A stretch of 64,000 nt of DNA. It comes from Felis catus (Eukaryota). Where the stretch lies: contig NC_058383.1 in NCBI RefSeq assembly GCF_018350175.1, positions 13,766,001 to 13,830,000 on the forward strand. The letters run 5' to 3'. Below are positions 24,991-38,165 of this stretch, one piece after another. How positions within the stretch are numbered: position 1 is the first letter of the stretch; each line of letters begins with the position of its first letter. The notes under the pieces are model-generated. The model was not told the DNA's origin. It worked only from the letters and a program-made list of their open reading frames with translations, and searched no databases. Made by a program: the position numbers and the translations under genes.

Positions 24991-26591
24991 CACTTATGCT
25001 CAGTCTGGCTTCATGCAAGCAAACTCACGAAATAGGAAAGTTCACGGCTTTGTGAGGGGACTTCTATATGTTGATTTAGCTGAAGGGAGGATTTATGTAG
25101 CAAGATGTCACGGGAGATGAGGTAGGCAAAATTTCACTAAAGCCAGAAGTGCCTAGAACTTGGTCTGGCCATCTGGATCCCACAAGACACTGACGAACAC
25201 ATCTGTACTCACAAAGGACACCAGCCGTATTGATGAATATGGCGTCTTCCTCATACTTTTTCCTTCCATTTTGGAAGTAAGGGATGTTTATGTGTATCCG
25301 TAAGCAGGGAAGACGTCGCCGGATTATTATGATCATATAATACCTCACACGAGCCATCATAATTGCACATTGCCCTGATCCCATGTGTATTACTGTGATC
25401 AGATGTATATGGGGAAACTTTCAGCGCCCATTTATTTATGATTGACTAAGTGGTGGTTGACTGCCTTCTGCATATCTCCTGGTGTTTCTCTAAGTAGGAT
25501 TCAACCCAGGATAATGGTAACAGCACGCTCATCTCTTGAGATGAAAGCTGCAAGTCTTTAGTTACTCTGCGGTATGTGTTTTGTACTACGTGGAATGAAG
25601 CCGCGCACGGTACTCTGCCTGTGTTTGGGTTTTGTTTTTGTTTTAGAGTTGAACAACTGACACCACTTAAGATATGAAGATGGAATTTACTTGTCAGAGG
25701 GAAAAAGGCTGATAGTATCTAAACCCAAGGAGTTAATGAAAATAAGGTCTTAGATGATCACTTCCGCTAATGATTGAGTGCCCAAGTTAATATGAAAGAC
25801 CACGCCAGGAGAGACAGCCCCAAGACACCCCTAATTAGAAAATGAGCCAAGTTACAGAAAACCAGGGTAGCCCCGAATTTAAAGAATGGTTTCATTGGTG
25901 CTTTATGTATTACGATAGCCTAAAGATGGTCTCCAGCTTACTCTTAAATATTGAGATCTTTTTTGACCCTTGCCTGTGGGAGAGTATTTTGCCGGTTGGT
26001 TGGATATACCTGGCCTGAGATCCAGATTCGTTTCTCTAGTGTAGACACCCTTTCTTAGTATAGTTTATGTAACAACCTTCCCCTCTTACCTAAACAAAAT
26101 GTTTAAAAGTTTAAAACTAACATTATCTCTCATGCTCTTTCCTCCTCAGAAATCCAACTACTAAGTATATTTCAAATGGCTTCTGACAAATGCTTCACTC
26201 TGGATACCTGGTTCCAACACTGATTCCATTACTTAAGTCTGTGCACTTGGGTGAAATACATTAACCTCCTTGATTCTCAGGCCCCTCTGGACTTCCCTCC
26301 TGCCAGGTGCCCTCCCACCACTGCCGAATCAAATCCTATCCCTCTCTCAAGGCCCAGTTCAAATGCTACTTCCCGAAGCTCTCTTTGGTATGACTGCCTC
26401 TTCGCTTCGCCCAATCATCCATCGACAGAATTTCCTGTCCTCTTGAAGTGCGTGCTCCTTGAGAGCCAGGGTTGTCTCTGGTATCTTCGGTTGTCTTTGT
26501 ATTCCAGAATGCTTGCCCTCAGCAGGTATTCACCTGTTGAGAGGACGAATAAATCGATCAATCCTCAGATCACAGATTGTATTTGTTTTTT

Positions 26592-26820
26592 GTTTTTTTT
26601 TTTAAATTTTTTTTTTCAACGTTTATTTATTTTTGGGACAGAGAGAGACAGAGCACGAACGGGGGAGGGGCAGAGAGAGAGGGAGACACAGAATCGGAAG
26701 CAGGGTCCAGGCTCCCGAGCCATCAGCCCAGAGCCTGACGCGGGGCTCGAACTCACGGACCGTGAGATCGTGACCTGGCTGAAGTCGGACGCTTAACCGA
26801 CTGCGCCACCCAGGCACCCC
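26592..26820 (-). mobile_element. Young SINEC_Fc-type Can-SINE
   Basis: Diagnostic gcgcagtcgg/cagccaggtcacg (reverse strand); TSD tgtatttgtttttt 26578-26591 / 26821-26834. Confidence 0.96.
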
Positions 26821-27313
26821 TGTATTTGTTTTTTAAAATCACCAGTTTAGATCAGCGCTTCTTAACCACGGGTGCTGGTCCCACTGGGGCACCGCAATCA
26901 GTTGTTGTGTGTGTTATAGTAATTGGCTATCAATGGATTGTTAGGGCTTGGAAATTTGCAAACTATTTACTGTTTTTATAAATTAGAATGGTTCCCTTCG
27001 GTGATATCCTTTAATGATGATAATAATAATGGCATCCTTCAGTGTGAATACTTCAATATGACTTTCTGCCTTGCACTGTGATTTGTTTCTTGAATTGAAG
27101 AGAGAGAGAGTGGAATGAGTCAGGACCCAGGAAATTATATGTAATCCACAGCCTATCTTTTCTGTGCCACAGCCCATAATAAGCTAGAAATTATTGTTAA
27201 TGGTTATAGAACTATGGAATTACTGTACTGCTTCCTTACTCTGCAAGATGTGGGGGCATTGTCAGAATGAACATTATCTGTCAATTTAGGAAAAGAATAA
27301 CCATTATTTTAAA

Positions 27314-27537
27314 CCAGGGTCAGCAAACATTTTCTGTAAAGGGCTAGATAGTAAATATTTGGGGCTGTGAGGGCCATGAAGTCTTTCAGGAACTACCCGA
27401 CCCTGCTGGTGCATCACAAAAGCAGCCATATTTAAGCCATATGTATTTAAGACAATACATACATTATTGGACATTGCTGTGTTCCAATAAAACTTTATTT
27501 ACGAAAGCAGATGTTGGGCAAGATTTGGCCCACACGT
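27314..27537. mobile_element. MER58A-like hAT-Charlie MITE
   Basis: cagggtcagcaaacattttctgtaaagggc..gatagtaaatattt...gtgttccaataaaactttattta...gatttggccc. Confidence 0.85.
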
Positions 27538-28599
27538 CTGTTCAAAGCCGTAGAGCACACGTAGGAGTGTAAATGATACCAGTCACTTTTTAAAAACTGT
27601 AGTGATCACATTCATTCGCCTTCCTTGATAATAGCTACAGAGTTCCTGCAAAGCAAGAAAAACTATGGGATGGTGAACTTGTTTACTTATTTGCAAGAAT
27701 ATGCAGTATTCTGGATCTCAGGGTTCATAGTCTCTAGACTCTCTCAGCATAAGAAATAAGACTAAATTCTGTTCGCGGTTTAAAGACAGCCACTGAGGCC
27801 AGTTCATTAAAGAAAGGTGACTATGGCAACGATAAAGTACCTCATCTGCCGGGAAGTTTGCTTTTCTGGTATTATCCGTGTCACATTATTTTCTGTCTTG
27901 GTAGTTTCTCTCAGTGGGATGTTCCAGGCTCGACCTTCCTGTCTGGCATTTTTGCTGATAATTACTTGAAAAATCGTCCCTTCTCTTTTCAAATTACCAC
28001 ATGGAGTAGTAGCCTTGCTTCTTCACAGTCAAAGGCCAATAAATGCAACCACGTGAAATAAACTTTTAAAACAGGGCCTCAGTTGCCCCGCACGTTAACT
28101 TGAAATAATCAGTCCCTGGAGTTTGGACACCCACAATGTAGGTCTTAGGACTCAGATTTTAAAATGAGTCTGTCACAGTCCACGGTGGAAAACGGTCACA
28201 ACAGCAGGGTCCCATGCACTGGGGACATCCCACGCCGTAAGATTATTCTGGCAGTGCCTGAGGGTCAGGCCCCTGCCCACTTTCTTGGCTTGTCTGCCAT
28301 CTCACAGCCAAGGTCCGGTCAGCCCTCTTAGAACTCAGGCCCTCTCCAGGGCTCACTGGGCTCTGCAGACATTACTGTCCTGTCCCTAGCCAGGACCATG
28401 TCATGCTCCCGAGGCTCTTCTGAGTCACTTGCCAAGTCTCTGTACGGTCAATCCGACCCAAGTCGGGGAGACTCAAGAAAGGAGCCTGGTGCCCCACATT
28501 TTTATCATGTCCCAGCCATCTCGTCTCACAATGACACAGGTTGAGCAACTGGCATCTCAATTGGCCCCTTGAACCAACTAGGACTAGAGCCCTGTCACC

Positions 28600-29330
28600 G
28601 GAGCAAGTTACCGAGAAAAAACAACTAAATGTGGCTCAAAAAAAAAAAAAAAAAGATCCTCATCTCCCATCATAAGCCTATTAGAGGCTCAGTGTTGTCA
28701 CAGAGGAATTGGGCACTCTCCACCCTGCCATCTTGATATTTTGGGAATGACTTCCTTCACAGATGCAAGATGGCTGCTGAAATTCCAAGCAGAATGTCAC
28801 AGCCTCATGTGGCACCATGCCATGCAGGAAGGAAGGTGAGGGAGATAAAAATAGGGGTTCTTCGGGGCGCCTGGGTGGCGCAGTCGGTTAAGCGTCCGAC
28901 TTCAGCCAGGTCACGATCTCGCGGTCCGTGAGTTCGAGCCCCGCGTCGGGCTCTGGGCTGATGGCTCGGAGCCTGGAGCCTGTTTCCGATTCTGTGTCTC
29001 CCTCTCTCTCTGCCCCTCCCCCGTTCATGCTCTGTCTCTCTCTGTCCCAAAAATAAATAAACGTTAAAAAAAAATTAAAAAAAAAATAGGGGTTCTTCTT
29101 TATGCTGTCCGCCTTAGCAGGGCAATGTTCCCAAAGCGTCCAGTGGTCTCCTTTCAGAGTTTACTAGCTACAACAGCATGACTTCTAGCACCGGGGAACG
29201 AGATGGCCTCGATTGGCTTAGACCAGTCATAGTCTCCCTGGTGCTGGACACGTGCCATAATTAGGATTCTATTGACAGAGAAGAAAGGAGAATGGCTGTT
29301 GGGTAAGCAGCCAGTTGTGTCTGCTGCACC
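28600..29330. mobile_element. MLT1-like solo LTR interrupted by a SINE
   Basis: gcaagatggctgctg...gattggcttagaccagtcatag...ttaggattct...gaatggctgttgggtaagcagcc. Confidence 0.6.
28864..29081 (+). mobile_element. Young SINEC_Fc-type Can-SINE
   Basis: CpGs intact; perfect 17 bp TSD aaaaataggggttcttc 28847-28863 / 29082-29098. Confidence 0.97.
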
Positions 29331-30889
29331 TGACCTAACCCCCCCTCTCCCAGTTGGTGGCTAGAGCACCTTTTGCTTTGACCCACAAATTAAAGCTTTG
29401 CCAAGAGTCTAGTGTCTATGGATAGTTCTCTGGAATTATTGCCAGCAGTCTTTCCTGATCATTAGCAGACATCTGGATTCCCCCATCAGTGCTTTCTCTA
29501 CCTGGCAGGACTTCCAGATGCCAACTAGGATCTGAGCTTGCTGAGTCTTTTGGATACTATGTCTTATCCGCCTGGCTGACTCTTTTTTGGTCCTCTGCAC
29601 CTTGATCTAGCCTTCTGGGGTGTAGATAAGCCACTTTGGGATCCTTGATGCACTTTACAAAGTAATTTCATTTTTTACAGTAAAAATCATACAGTGTCTG
29701 CATTGTTTCCATTGGGGCACAAAATACATGATCTGGTATTATCTTAAGACTATTTTAAATAATAGATGAAACTTTGAAAACTCAAATAAGTTTAAGGGGT
29801 TCTCCTCTGCCAATTGTGATTTCATGGCATAGTTTAAACTGTCAGTTCTGTGATTTAAACTACCGGCTCTTGGTTTTTTGGATTTTTTTATTTTTTTTGA
29901 TATTACACACATAAGGTGGTAAGAAGTTGTTTAAGAACTATAAGACTCGATTTCATCTGTGAGAGACCCACTAGAACTAACTCTTAAATACTCTGTAGTT
30001 TCAGAGAGATCGGTAGTTTGCAAAGCACTTTCATACCTAGTTTTCTAAACACTTTCCAGAGCTGTTCTCCTCATTTTTACAGGTGAAGAGATAAGGTCGT
30101 AAGAACCAAGGCGGCTTGGGCCGGTCCTAGCGGTTTTCACGTAGCTGGTACTGGGCTGGTCCTTCTGAGCCCACTTCTGAGGCACTTTCCTCTTTCTGCC
30201 TTAGAAGTTCCATGGCCATGTGCAGGAGAGTTAAAGAAGGTCGTTCGTGTCCGTGGATGGCCCGGCCATGCTATCTGCTCATTTCAACCTCTGCTACTCT
30301 GCCCAAACTTCTTCAGAAATTTCCTTTCCTTCCCTGGTGCAATTTCCACTAAGAAATAGCAAATGCAAACCAGGCAGGGATCATAGGTTCGAAGTGCCCA
30401 AGACCTCAAAATAGCAGTGGCTTCAAAAAGGAGTTTCATATGTAAAAGTCTAGACGTAAGCAGTGCAGACCCCTCTTCCTCAGAACCCTCTGGGACTCAG
30501 TCTTCCGAGGGCCCTCTTTTCATAGCTCAAGACGGACCTTCAGCCAGACATCAACTTTCCAAGCAGCAAGACAGGTGTAGGGGGAATGGACAAAGGAGGA
30601 AGAGGGCTAGGGGCAAGGATCAAGAGTCAGATTCCCAGAAGCTGCTGGAATTCTACCACGGGGCCTCTCCTAGCTTCAAGGAAGACTGGGAAATGTGTTT
30701 CTATTTTGGACTACTACATCAGATTAAAATTCTAGTGCTGTGGCAGAAAAGGAGGCGAGGCAATAGGAGGCCACAATGAGAGCTTGTAGTAAGTGTGGAA
30801 AGCAAGCAAAAAAAGTGGCCTGAATTGACATTAGGACACCACGATGACTATTGTTGGTATCCTTTGTGAAAGAGATCTGAGACTACGGC

Positions 30890-31360
30890 TCATCTGCTCA
30901 TTAATTCAACAGGTATTTATTAAATACGCAGTATGTATCAGTCACTGCTGTAGATACTGAGGATATAATTGGGGAGAAATATGATAGCAAAGGAAGGAGG
31001 GGTTGCTCTTTGAATGGTCAAGGAGGGATTCTCTCAGGGATGACAGCTGAACCGCTGAAAGATGTGGAGGAGTGAGCTAATGGGAGATCGGGAGTGAAAA
31101 ATGTTCTAGGCAGAGGGAACAGCAGACAAAAAGGCCCCAAAGCACAAATACATTTGATGTGTTCGAGATCTATGGATCTGTGCAGAGGCAGAGGCTATGG
31201 CTGGAACAGCATGAGCCAAGGGAGCATGGTCAAAGGCAAAGTCGTAAAGGTAGCCAAGGGTAGACCCCATAGGGCCTGACAGACCATAGGAAGGAGGTTG
31301 GGATTCATTCTCGGTGTTATGGGATGTTGTCAGATGGCTTTGACCAGGGCACGTCCTGGT
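30890..31360 (-). mobile_element. L2 fragment
   Basis: cattaattcaacaggtatttattaaatac...gttctaggcagagggaacagcagacaaaaaggccc. Confidence 0.7.
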
Positions 31361-34069
31361 TATGTTTGGCTATACCAATCAGTAGGCAGCCCAATGTCAC
31401 AGATGTGGTGGACTAGTCAGTGAAGGTCTTAGGCAGTAATGTCTTAGGTCCTTACTTCTCTGGGGTATTTGACTGTGCCTTCCAGCCAGTGACCTTGCTT
31501 TGTTCTTGCATTGAAATGAGTTATAATCTACCTTGATCCTACACCATAGGAAGACTCTGACATAGCATCGCAGTTGAGAAACATCCCCCACCCATGCGGC
31601 AAGACCCAGATTTCAACCACGTCCTATAAGCAGGTGTATCATTCATGCTGGAACTAAGTCATATCCGTCTTTAAAACCCCAGAAAGATCCCAGGAACGCT
31701 CTTAGGGACGACGAACATCGCGGCCGAATGCCAACTTCTGCCGATTACTCTTCTCTCAGACTCCTCAGGTGTTTCAGATAACCCCTCTGACGGTTTCTCT
31801 GGGGCTTTCTGCTGGCATTCTGCGGTTTGCCCAAATGCCCCTTCCGGTTTTCTAATGTCAGGACAAAGCCCGAGGGTGAGCAGGATGTGGTCGCCAGTCG
31901 GCACTCATTGCGGACGTCCTCGGCGTGTGTGGGCTGAAGTTCACCCACAGCCCTGCCGTCCGCCTCCCCGGCTTTGCGTGCAAGGACACGTTAGACAGGA
32001 AGATTCTACTGAGATCGTGTACCGCTGGAATCGGCTGATTTTTCCCAAAGAGGCAGGGGGGGGCTACTTCTTAGCAGACTGAGTCGTAGAGTCTCTCTGG
32101 AATGCAAAACACAGACCTTTGTATTAGAAGTGAAATATTTAGATAGGGATCATTATGGAGCGCTTTTTACAGCAAGGCAGGCCTGATAAACAGAGAGCGG
32201 GGAAAGGAAGCACAAAGGAGGTAATAATATCTGATTAGCTAAGCAGCTGGATAACTGAAGGAGAATTTGTTAAAAACCTATCAAGACATCAAAGCTGGAT
32301 GTGAGTTCTGTCAGCCTGGGCCACTTGTGGCGCTGTCTCTGGAATATTACCAGTGTCTAATTGGCTGCTATTATTTCCCCTAGAGCTACTTCTCCGCGAA
32401 GGGATCGGGGCTGTGTAACCCAACCCGTCCCTGTCATCTGGGCTTTTTTCCATCTCTGCCGCGGCAGGGGATGCCAGCGTGGGGTCATTTCCGTCAGCCC
32501 GGTCGCACCTGACCACGTGCGAACCAGCAACCTCGGGTTTCTGGGGACGGCGGGAAGGAATCGGAAAACTTGATCCCCTTGAGGCCCGCGGAGGTCCGCT
32601 TCTATGGAGCCCCAGATTTTGCAGGTGACTCGTTTTCCAGTACGTGGCACACCCGGTCCTCTCGGTTTCCTCCCCCCCTCCCCTGTTGGCACCCGTGTAT
32701 TTGAGGTACCACGCTCTCCCTGCCCGCAAGGGGATGAGAGGCAGGGAGAACCATGAAGTTCTTGCTTCCTTAGCTCTCAGCTCCCGCTGAGAGCGGACAC
32801 GAGCAATATTTGGCTGTAATGAGAGTCCTCCCTTTGCCTCACTCTCCGGGTCCTCCGGTGGTCCGGGACCCTCGAACGCCATGTCTAGCCTGGTCGGCAC
32901 GTACTGTGGAATGGCGGAGCTCCTTTTGAAAATTGGGTGGCAGGCACTTGAGTGGAATGTCTCAGCCTCCCATCTGAGGATGATTGTCCTCATTGTGGAG
33001 ACCCTCCCTGAAGATCTGTCTGGGGCCCTGGGGGGGGGGGGGGAGGCCTATGCGAGTGGTACCAGAGCTCCCAGCCCCCGCCCCAGCACACACGTGTGCA
33101 CACGTGCACAGAGGAAGTAGGTCCCAGGTCTCTTCGGGGCTCTTCTGTCACCACGGCATTAGCTGCTGTCACCTCCAGGAGCCTCCGATCGTGTCTCTGC
33201 TGAATCCAGCCCCTTGTGAGACCGATTGCTTTGAACCCAGCGCCAACAGCCCCTCTCGAAAGTCTCCCTGAGTTCCCTCCCACAATCAGCATCTTCCCTG
33301 TATTGTGAGCGTGCTCACTGCACCATTATCCCATAGGATTTTTAAGAACGCCCGGGGAGATGCTTCGGGGCTGAAAAGCAAAGAATTGCAAACAGGGGCC
33401 CTGGGTCCGGCCAACTTCCTCTGCAGTTTCCTACGGATAAACCACACGCAGATGGAAAACAGAAAGAAAAGGAAATTCATCGTAAGGCTGCGTGTTTTCT
33501 TATCTGGGGTGCAAGGGGGGTGGAGAAATCTGTCATGGATAAAATCCAACTTTAATGACGATCTGAAGCCCTGAAGCACAGACATATTGCAGAGCTAATG
33601 TATTATTTTGTTTTTGTTTATTCTGCAGAAATGGGGAAATTTCATTTTTTAGTGGCATTACAAGCTCCCCTTTTATTATTCACAGGCCCTAACATGCATG
33701 GCCGCCTGAGCCAGAGAGCTCTCAGCGGTTTTAATACCAGCTTCTTTGTGAATCTAAACTGGGTTTCCAGCCCGCTCCCTGGTGGGCTTCGGGGTTGTTG
33801 GAGTGGTGTTATACATACTTAAAGCTTCTTAACTGTCTTCAGAGGAGACCGCGAGCCTTGCTGTGACCAAGAGCCTTGCCTCTTATGGGAAAGGTTGGGG
33901 TTACTGGGGATTATCCGTGGGAGGTAGCCGTGGACCGGGAGGAAAGGTCACGGTCAGCTTTGCCAGCTGCTCTCTTAGAGTTTGGGCTCCCTGGCCATCC
34001 CAGCTGCAACCAGTATTCCCCCCTCTGAGTCCTGAGTACTTACTTTCAGGATGCCACGCTCCAGGCTGG

Positions 34070-34245
34070 GGGGTCTCCCCCTGGCTTGCACAACGGGCTC
34101 ACCCGGGAAGTTTTAGAAGCCCTCTGACTCCTGGGTCCCACTCGCCTTCAGATTCCACGGGTCCCGGTGCGGCCTGGGCATTAAGATTTTAACTTCCCAC
34201 CCCCACCTGGGTGATTCTGTGTGCAGCTCGGGTTGACAGCTCCTC
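34070..34245. mobile_element. MER5A-like MITE
   Basis: tcacccgggaagtttt...ggcctgggcattaagatttt...ggtgattctgtgtgcagc. Confidence 0.6.
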
Positions 34246-35129
34246 ATTTCCAGCCACCAGGCAGGGTTGATAAGCCGATACCTTCGTAGGTTCCAGAGCC
34301 CTGTCACTCACTGGCTGTGTGACCCTGCTGATCTGTAAGGTAGTGGAATAACTGTGGCGTTAATAGCACCTACCCCCTAGAGGTTACCGTGAGGCTTCAA
34401 TCCATTTCTGTTCATTGGAAGGCTCCTGTAGGCCAGGCACTGTCGCAAGAGCTGGGAATGGAGACCAGAGTCCCTGCCTTCGCGGAGGCAGTGGGAAAAC
34501 AGAGAAACTCACCCAGATGGACCGTAGTGGCAAAGAGTGGTCAGTGCTGCCAAGACAGATGCAGCCCGGGGAGGGATGGCGGGCATGTGAGGAGTCCAGG
34601 CACCTAGCTCCGTGCACTTTTCTCAGCGAGCGCAGATTCAGAGAGGCGAGGGAATCGAGTGTTTGATTTATCTCCGACTCAAGGCGTATGCATGAAAGCC
34701 TTGCACTGTGGCAAGGACCGTTTAAAGCACAGTGGGGCGAAATGGGAGGAAGCCTCGCCCCTTCCCTTCCCTCCTGCCCCACAGAGCTCACTGTTTCTCG
34801 TGCTGAGGTCGACAGCCGCCAGCAGGGAGCACGCCCCATGGGACAGGCAGCGGGCCAAATGCATTATGTGTGCGTCCCCCAGTGATCTCCTCCCCGGGTG
34901 AAGTAGGTGTTGCATTTTCGACTCTGTTTTACGTTAGGGGGAGCCGAGGCTTTGCCGTGTCATAAGGTGCTCTGGGCCACACCAGGCTACACAGCAGGTA
35001 AGTGGAGAAGTCTCTCCTCCTGGCCTGCAGTCTTCTCCCTCCCTGAGGGACCTGCCATGCACGGGGAAGGCCTACTGTGTGCCAGGGGCCGACATCTCAT
35101 CATCACCTTATCGATCCCCGTAACGCTGT

Positions 35130-35640
35130 GCTTTCCCACTTCTCCCACACCTTCACACGGGACCCATTGGGCTCTCAAATGCAAAAGCGAAATCAGGTCA
35201 TGGCATCCCCCTGCTTGAAATGTCCAGAGGCTTCCCAGGAATAAAATCCAGACTCTGCCAATGGGGCCCCCGCTTTTGTGTCTGCAGCCTTACCTACAGG
35301 GCCCCCCACGGGGGTCTCCTCCTGTTCCCCGTGCCTGTTCAGCAACTTCCCTCCTCCCCTGGGGCTTTGCCGTCAGCCATTTCCTCTGCCTGCAAAGCCT
35401 CCCCCCCCCGTGGCTCGTTCTCCCCGGTTGTGGAGACCGGGCCGATCTCATCCTTCTGCTCAGAATGGAGCCTTCTCGGCCCCCTTGGCCATCCCCTATC
35501 CCAGTTTGGCTGTCATGACACCTGTGACCTACAGTTACCGTATCTATTTATTTGCTTTTATTTCTCATTCTCCCCGATGGCAGTGTAAGTACCAGGAGTG
35601 GAGTCTCTCTGTTCTTGGTCACAACTGGCATTTGAAGCCA
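35130..35640 (+). mobile_element. L2 3' fragment
   Basis: aatcaggtcatggcatccccctgcttgaaa...aataaaatccagact...ggggctttgc...ttcctctgcctg. Confidence 0.7.
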
Positions 35641-36224
35641 GCTCAGCCGGCAGTCTGGCATGCCGCCCCATAATTTGACAGAGGGCCTGCGGCCGCCCGC
35701 TACACAGAGGTGCCCGGATGAGCTCTGCCCCGTGGCTGGGCTTCATCAGGTAGAATTAGGCCGCAGGGACGAGGAGAAGCCGTCTCACTGGAGAATCCAT
35801 CAGTGAAGGTTGAAAGGGATAAAGGAGGCCCGAGAGGACTTGGAGAGTGACTAGGGAAGAGTTTCCTTGGCTGGCACTTGGGCTGGAGGAGGGCAGCTGG
35901 AGGAGGAGGCACGGGGTGCACACACATTTGCACACATTTGAAATGTCCAGAGGCTTCCCGGGAATAAAATCCAGACTCTGCCAACGGGGCCGCGCCGTTG
36001 GGGAAGGGCTCAGACCTCAGTTAGAGCCATAGTTCCACCACCTAGAGCTTTGTGACCTTGGGCAACTTCCTTAACTTCATCTGTAAGGTGGGTATGATGA
36101 TGTCTTCACTTTGGTGAGAATCAGATGAGATCCTCCTCTCTATATTATCAGGTAGTCGACAAATGCGGACACGAATGACTCTCAGATACTGCTCTTTGAC
36201 AATTTTCAGACATAAATCAATCTT

Positions 36225-36435
36225 TTTCTTTTTGGTAATGTTTATTTTTGAGAGAGAGAGAGACAGAGCATGAGCAGGGGAGGAGCAGAGAAAGAGGGAG
36301 ACACAGAATCCGAAACAGGTTTCAGGCTCTGAGCTGTCAGCACAGAGCCCGACGCGGGGCTCGAACTCACAGACCTTGAGATCATGACCTGAGTTGAAGT
36401 CGGACGCTTAACCGACTGAGCCACCCAGGTGCCCC
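36225..36435 (-). mobile_element. Can-SINE
   Basis: Full reverse-complement SINE; flanks aatcaatctt / aataaatctt. Confidence 0.93.
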
Positions 36436-36445
36436 AATAAATCTT

Positions 36446-36653
36446 TTTTTTTTTTAATGTTTATTTATTTTTTTAGAGAGAGAGCACGCAAGCAGGGAGG
36501 GGCAGAGAGAGAGGGAGACAGAGAATCCCAAGCAGGCCCTATGCTTGTCAGCCCAGAGCCCGACACGGGGCTCCAACTCGCAAACCGTGAGATCGTGACC
36601 TGAGCTAAAATCAAGCGTCGGACGCTTAACCGACTGAGCCACCCAGGCACCCC
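36446..36653 (-). mobile_element. Older Can-SINE
   Basis: Full reverse-complement SINE; outer TSD gacataaat(c/a)aatctt 36209-36224 / 36657-36672. Confidence 0.93.
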
Positions 36654-37947
36654 TCTGACATAAATAAATCTTAGAATGCTAACAGCCACCCAGAAAGCCA
36701 GACCCATCTCTGCCAAAGAACACCTTCACTTCCTGGGGGAAAAAAAAGTGGGAACCTTTTCCTGTGGTTCCACGGAGCATTTGCCTGGTGAGCCAGACTG
36801 CAAGTGAGAGCAGACAGTGGGGAGACGGACATCTGAAAGCAGGAGATGTGGGCTGGTTGGGCCCTTCCCACGTGCCCAGCAGCTCCGCTGACGCAGCTGT
36901 CCCTTTGGGGAAGTTGGGCCCGAGCGGGAAGGGCCACATTACTCTCCCAGCCCACAGCAGAATGCTTTGTGTTCATCGCATGCGGGGGGGGGGGGGGGGG
37001 GGTGTAGCTTGGACAGCTCGTGCTGGGGGAGCGGTGGACGGGACGTCCTTGGAAGAGTGGGTAGACTAGGATGTACTTTATCGGAGTCAGGCACCACTGG
37101 GCGGCCTCTCCCAGAGCCACGCTGTGGGTCCTGGAGAGCAGGAAAGTCTTGCAGGAAGGAAAGGGAGATCCTAATTACTGCCTGGGAAACCATCCTCATT
37201 TCCAAACCCAGCAGGTCACCTGGCAGATCGTATGTGGGCAGTGATTCATTAGGACGCTGTAATCCCCCATGTGAACGCAGAGTTATAACTGCATCTCGGG
37301 GCCGGGAGGGAGAAACGGGACTTCATAAATCACTCCTTCGGCGCTGTTGCCTACACGCCTAAACCTGTAGCAATTTATCCCAAATGAGGAAATAATAATG
37401 TCGTTTTCCACCAGCCTTTTCCTGGGGGAAAGTTCCGTGATGGAGGGTAGGCTGGTGTTCTAAAAGAGTCTTTCTGGGCTGTACCTTGTTACAAGGTTGG
37501 TAGCAGTTTAAGCCCTTTTCCACCTTCTACCTCTCCTCTTCCCTTGTCACTGTGGTGTAGGGATTCATCAGTCAGAGGGCACGGTGGGCAAGCACTTAGA
37601 TTGGGCTTCTCAACTTCTGCAGTTTATTTTGGAGAAAGTAAATTGACGTCAGTTTTTCCCCCTAAAAATTGTTTCTTGAGCCTAGTCATGGGAGATGGGA
37701 GAGCTGGGGGGGGGGGGGGGAGGTTGCCGTTGCTATCCCTGCTGTACTCTGCGGCTTTTCATCTGGCCATCTGTAGGAGTTTCCAAACACATGTCCCCAT
37801 TTTCCAGATGGAGGATGGTAAGTTCTATGGAACACTAAAGAGCTTTTTTCAGAGTAACTGGAGGTTCTGTATCTTCATTAGAATAAAGCCAGCACCTGTT
37901 GCCAGTGGAACCCAAAATGAATCAAGGCTTAAAAGTAATAGATGTTT

Positions 37948-38165
37948 GGGGCGCCTGGGTGGCTCAGTCGGTTAAGCATCTGACTTCGAAGCTCAGGGCA
38001 TGATGTCACAGTTCATGAGTTCGAGCCCCGTATCAGGCTCTGTGCTGACAGCTTAGAGTCTGGAGCCTGCTTCGGATTCTGTGTCTCCCTCTCTTTCTGC
38101 CCCTCCCCTGCTCATGCTCTCTTTCTCCTTCAAAAATAAATAAAGATATTTTTAAAAAATATTTT
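37948..38165 (+). mobile_element. Can-SINE inside a probable MLT1 LTR (~37890-38490)
   Basis: TSD aaagtaatag(a/g)tgttt 37932-37947 / 38166-38181. Confidence 0.93.

Noticed and set aside
32289..32993. 234 aa minus-strand ORF
   Set aside because: No recognisable protein family or exon structure; CpG-rich unique DNA; a BLASTP/PhyloCSF hit would overturn this
36984..37002. G19 and other G/C homopolymers (3691, 14451, 33030, 37706)
   Set aside because: Simple homopolymers, error-prone in length; no pattern in spacing
22743..37651. Two perfect CRE palindromes TGACGTCA (22743, 37644)
   Set aside because: One or two occurrences of an 8-mer in 64 kb is near chance expectation
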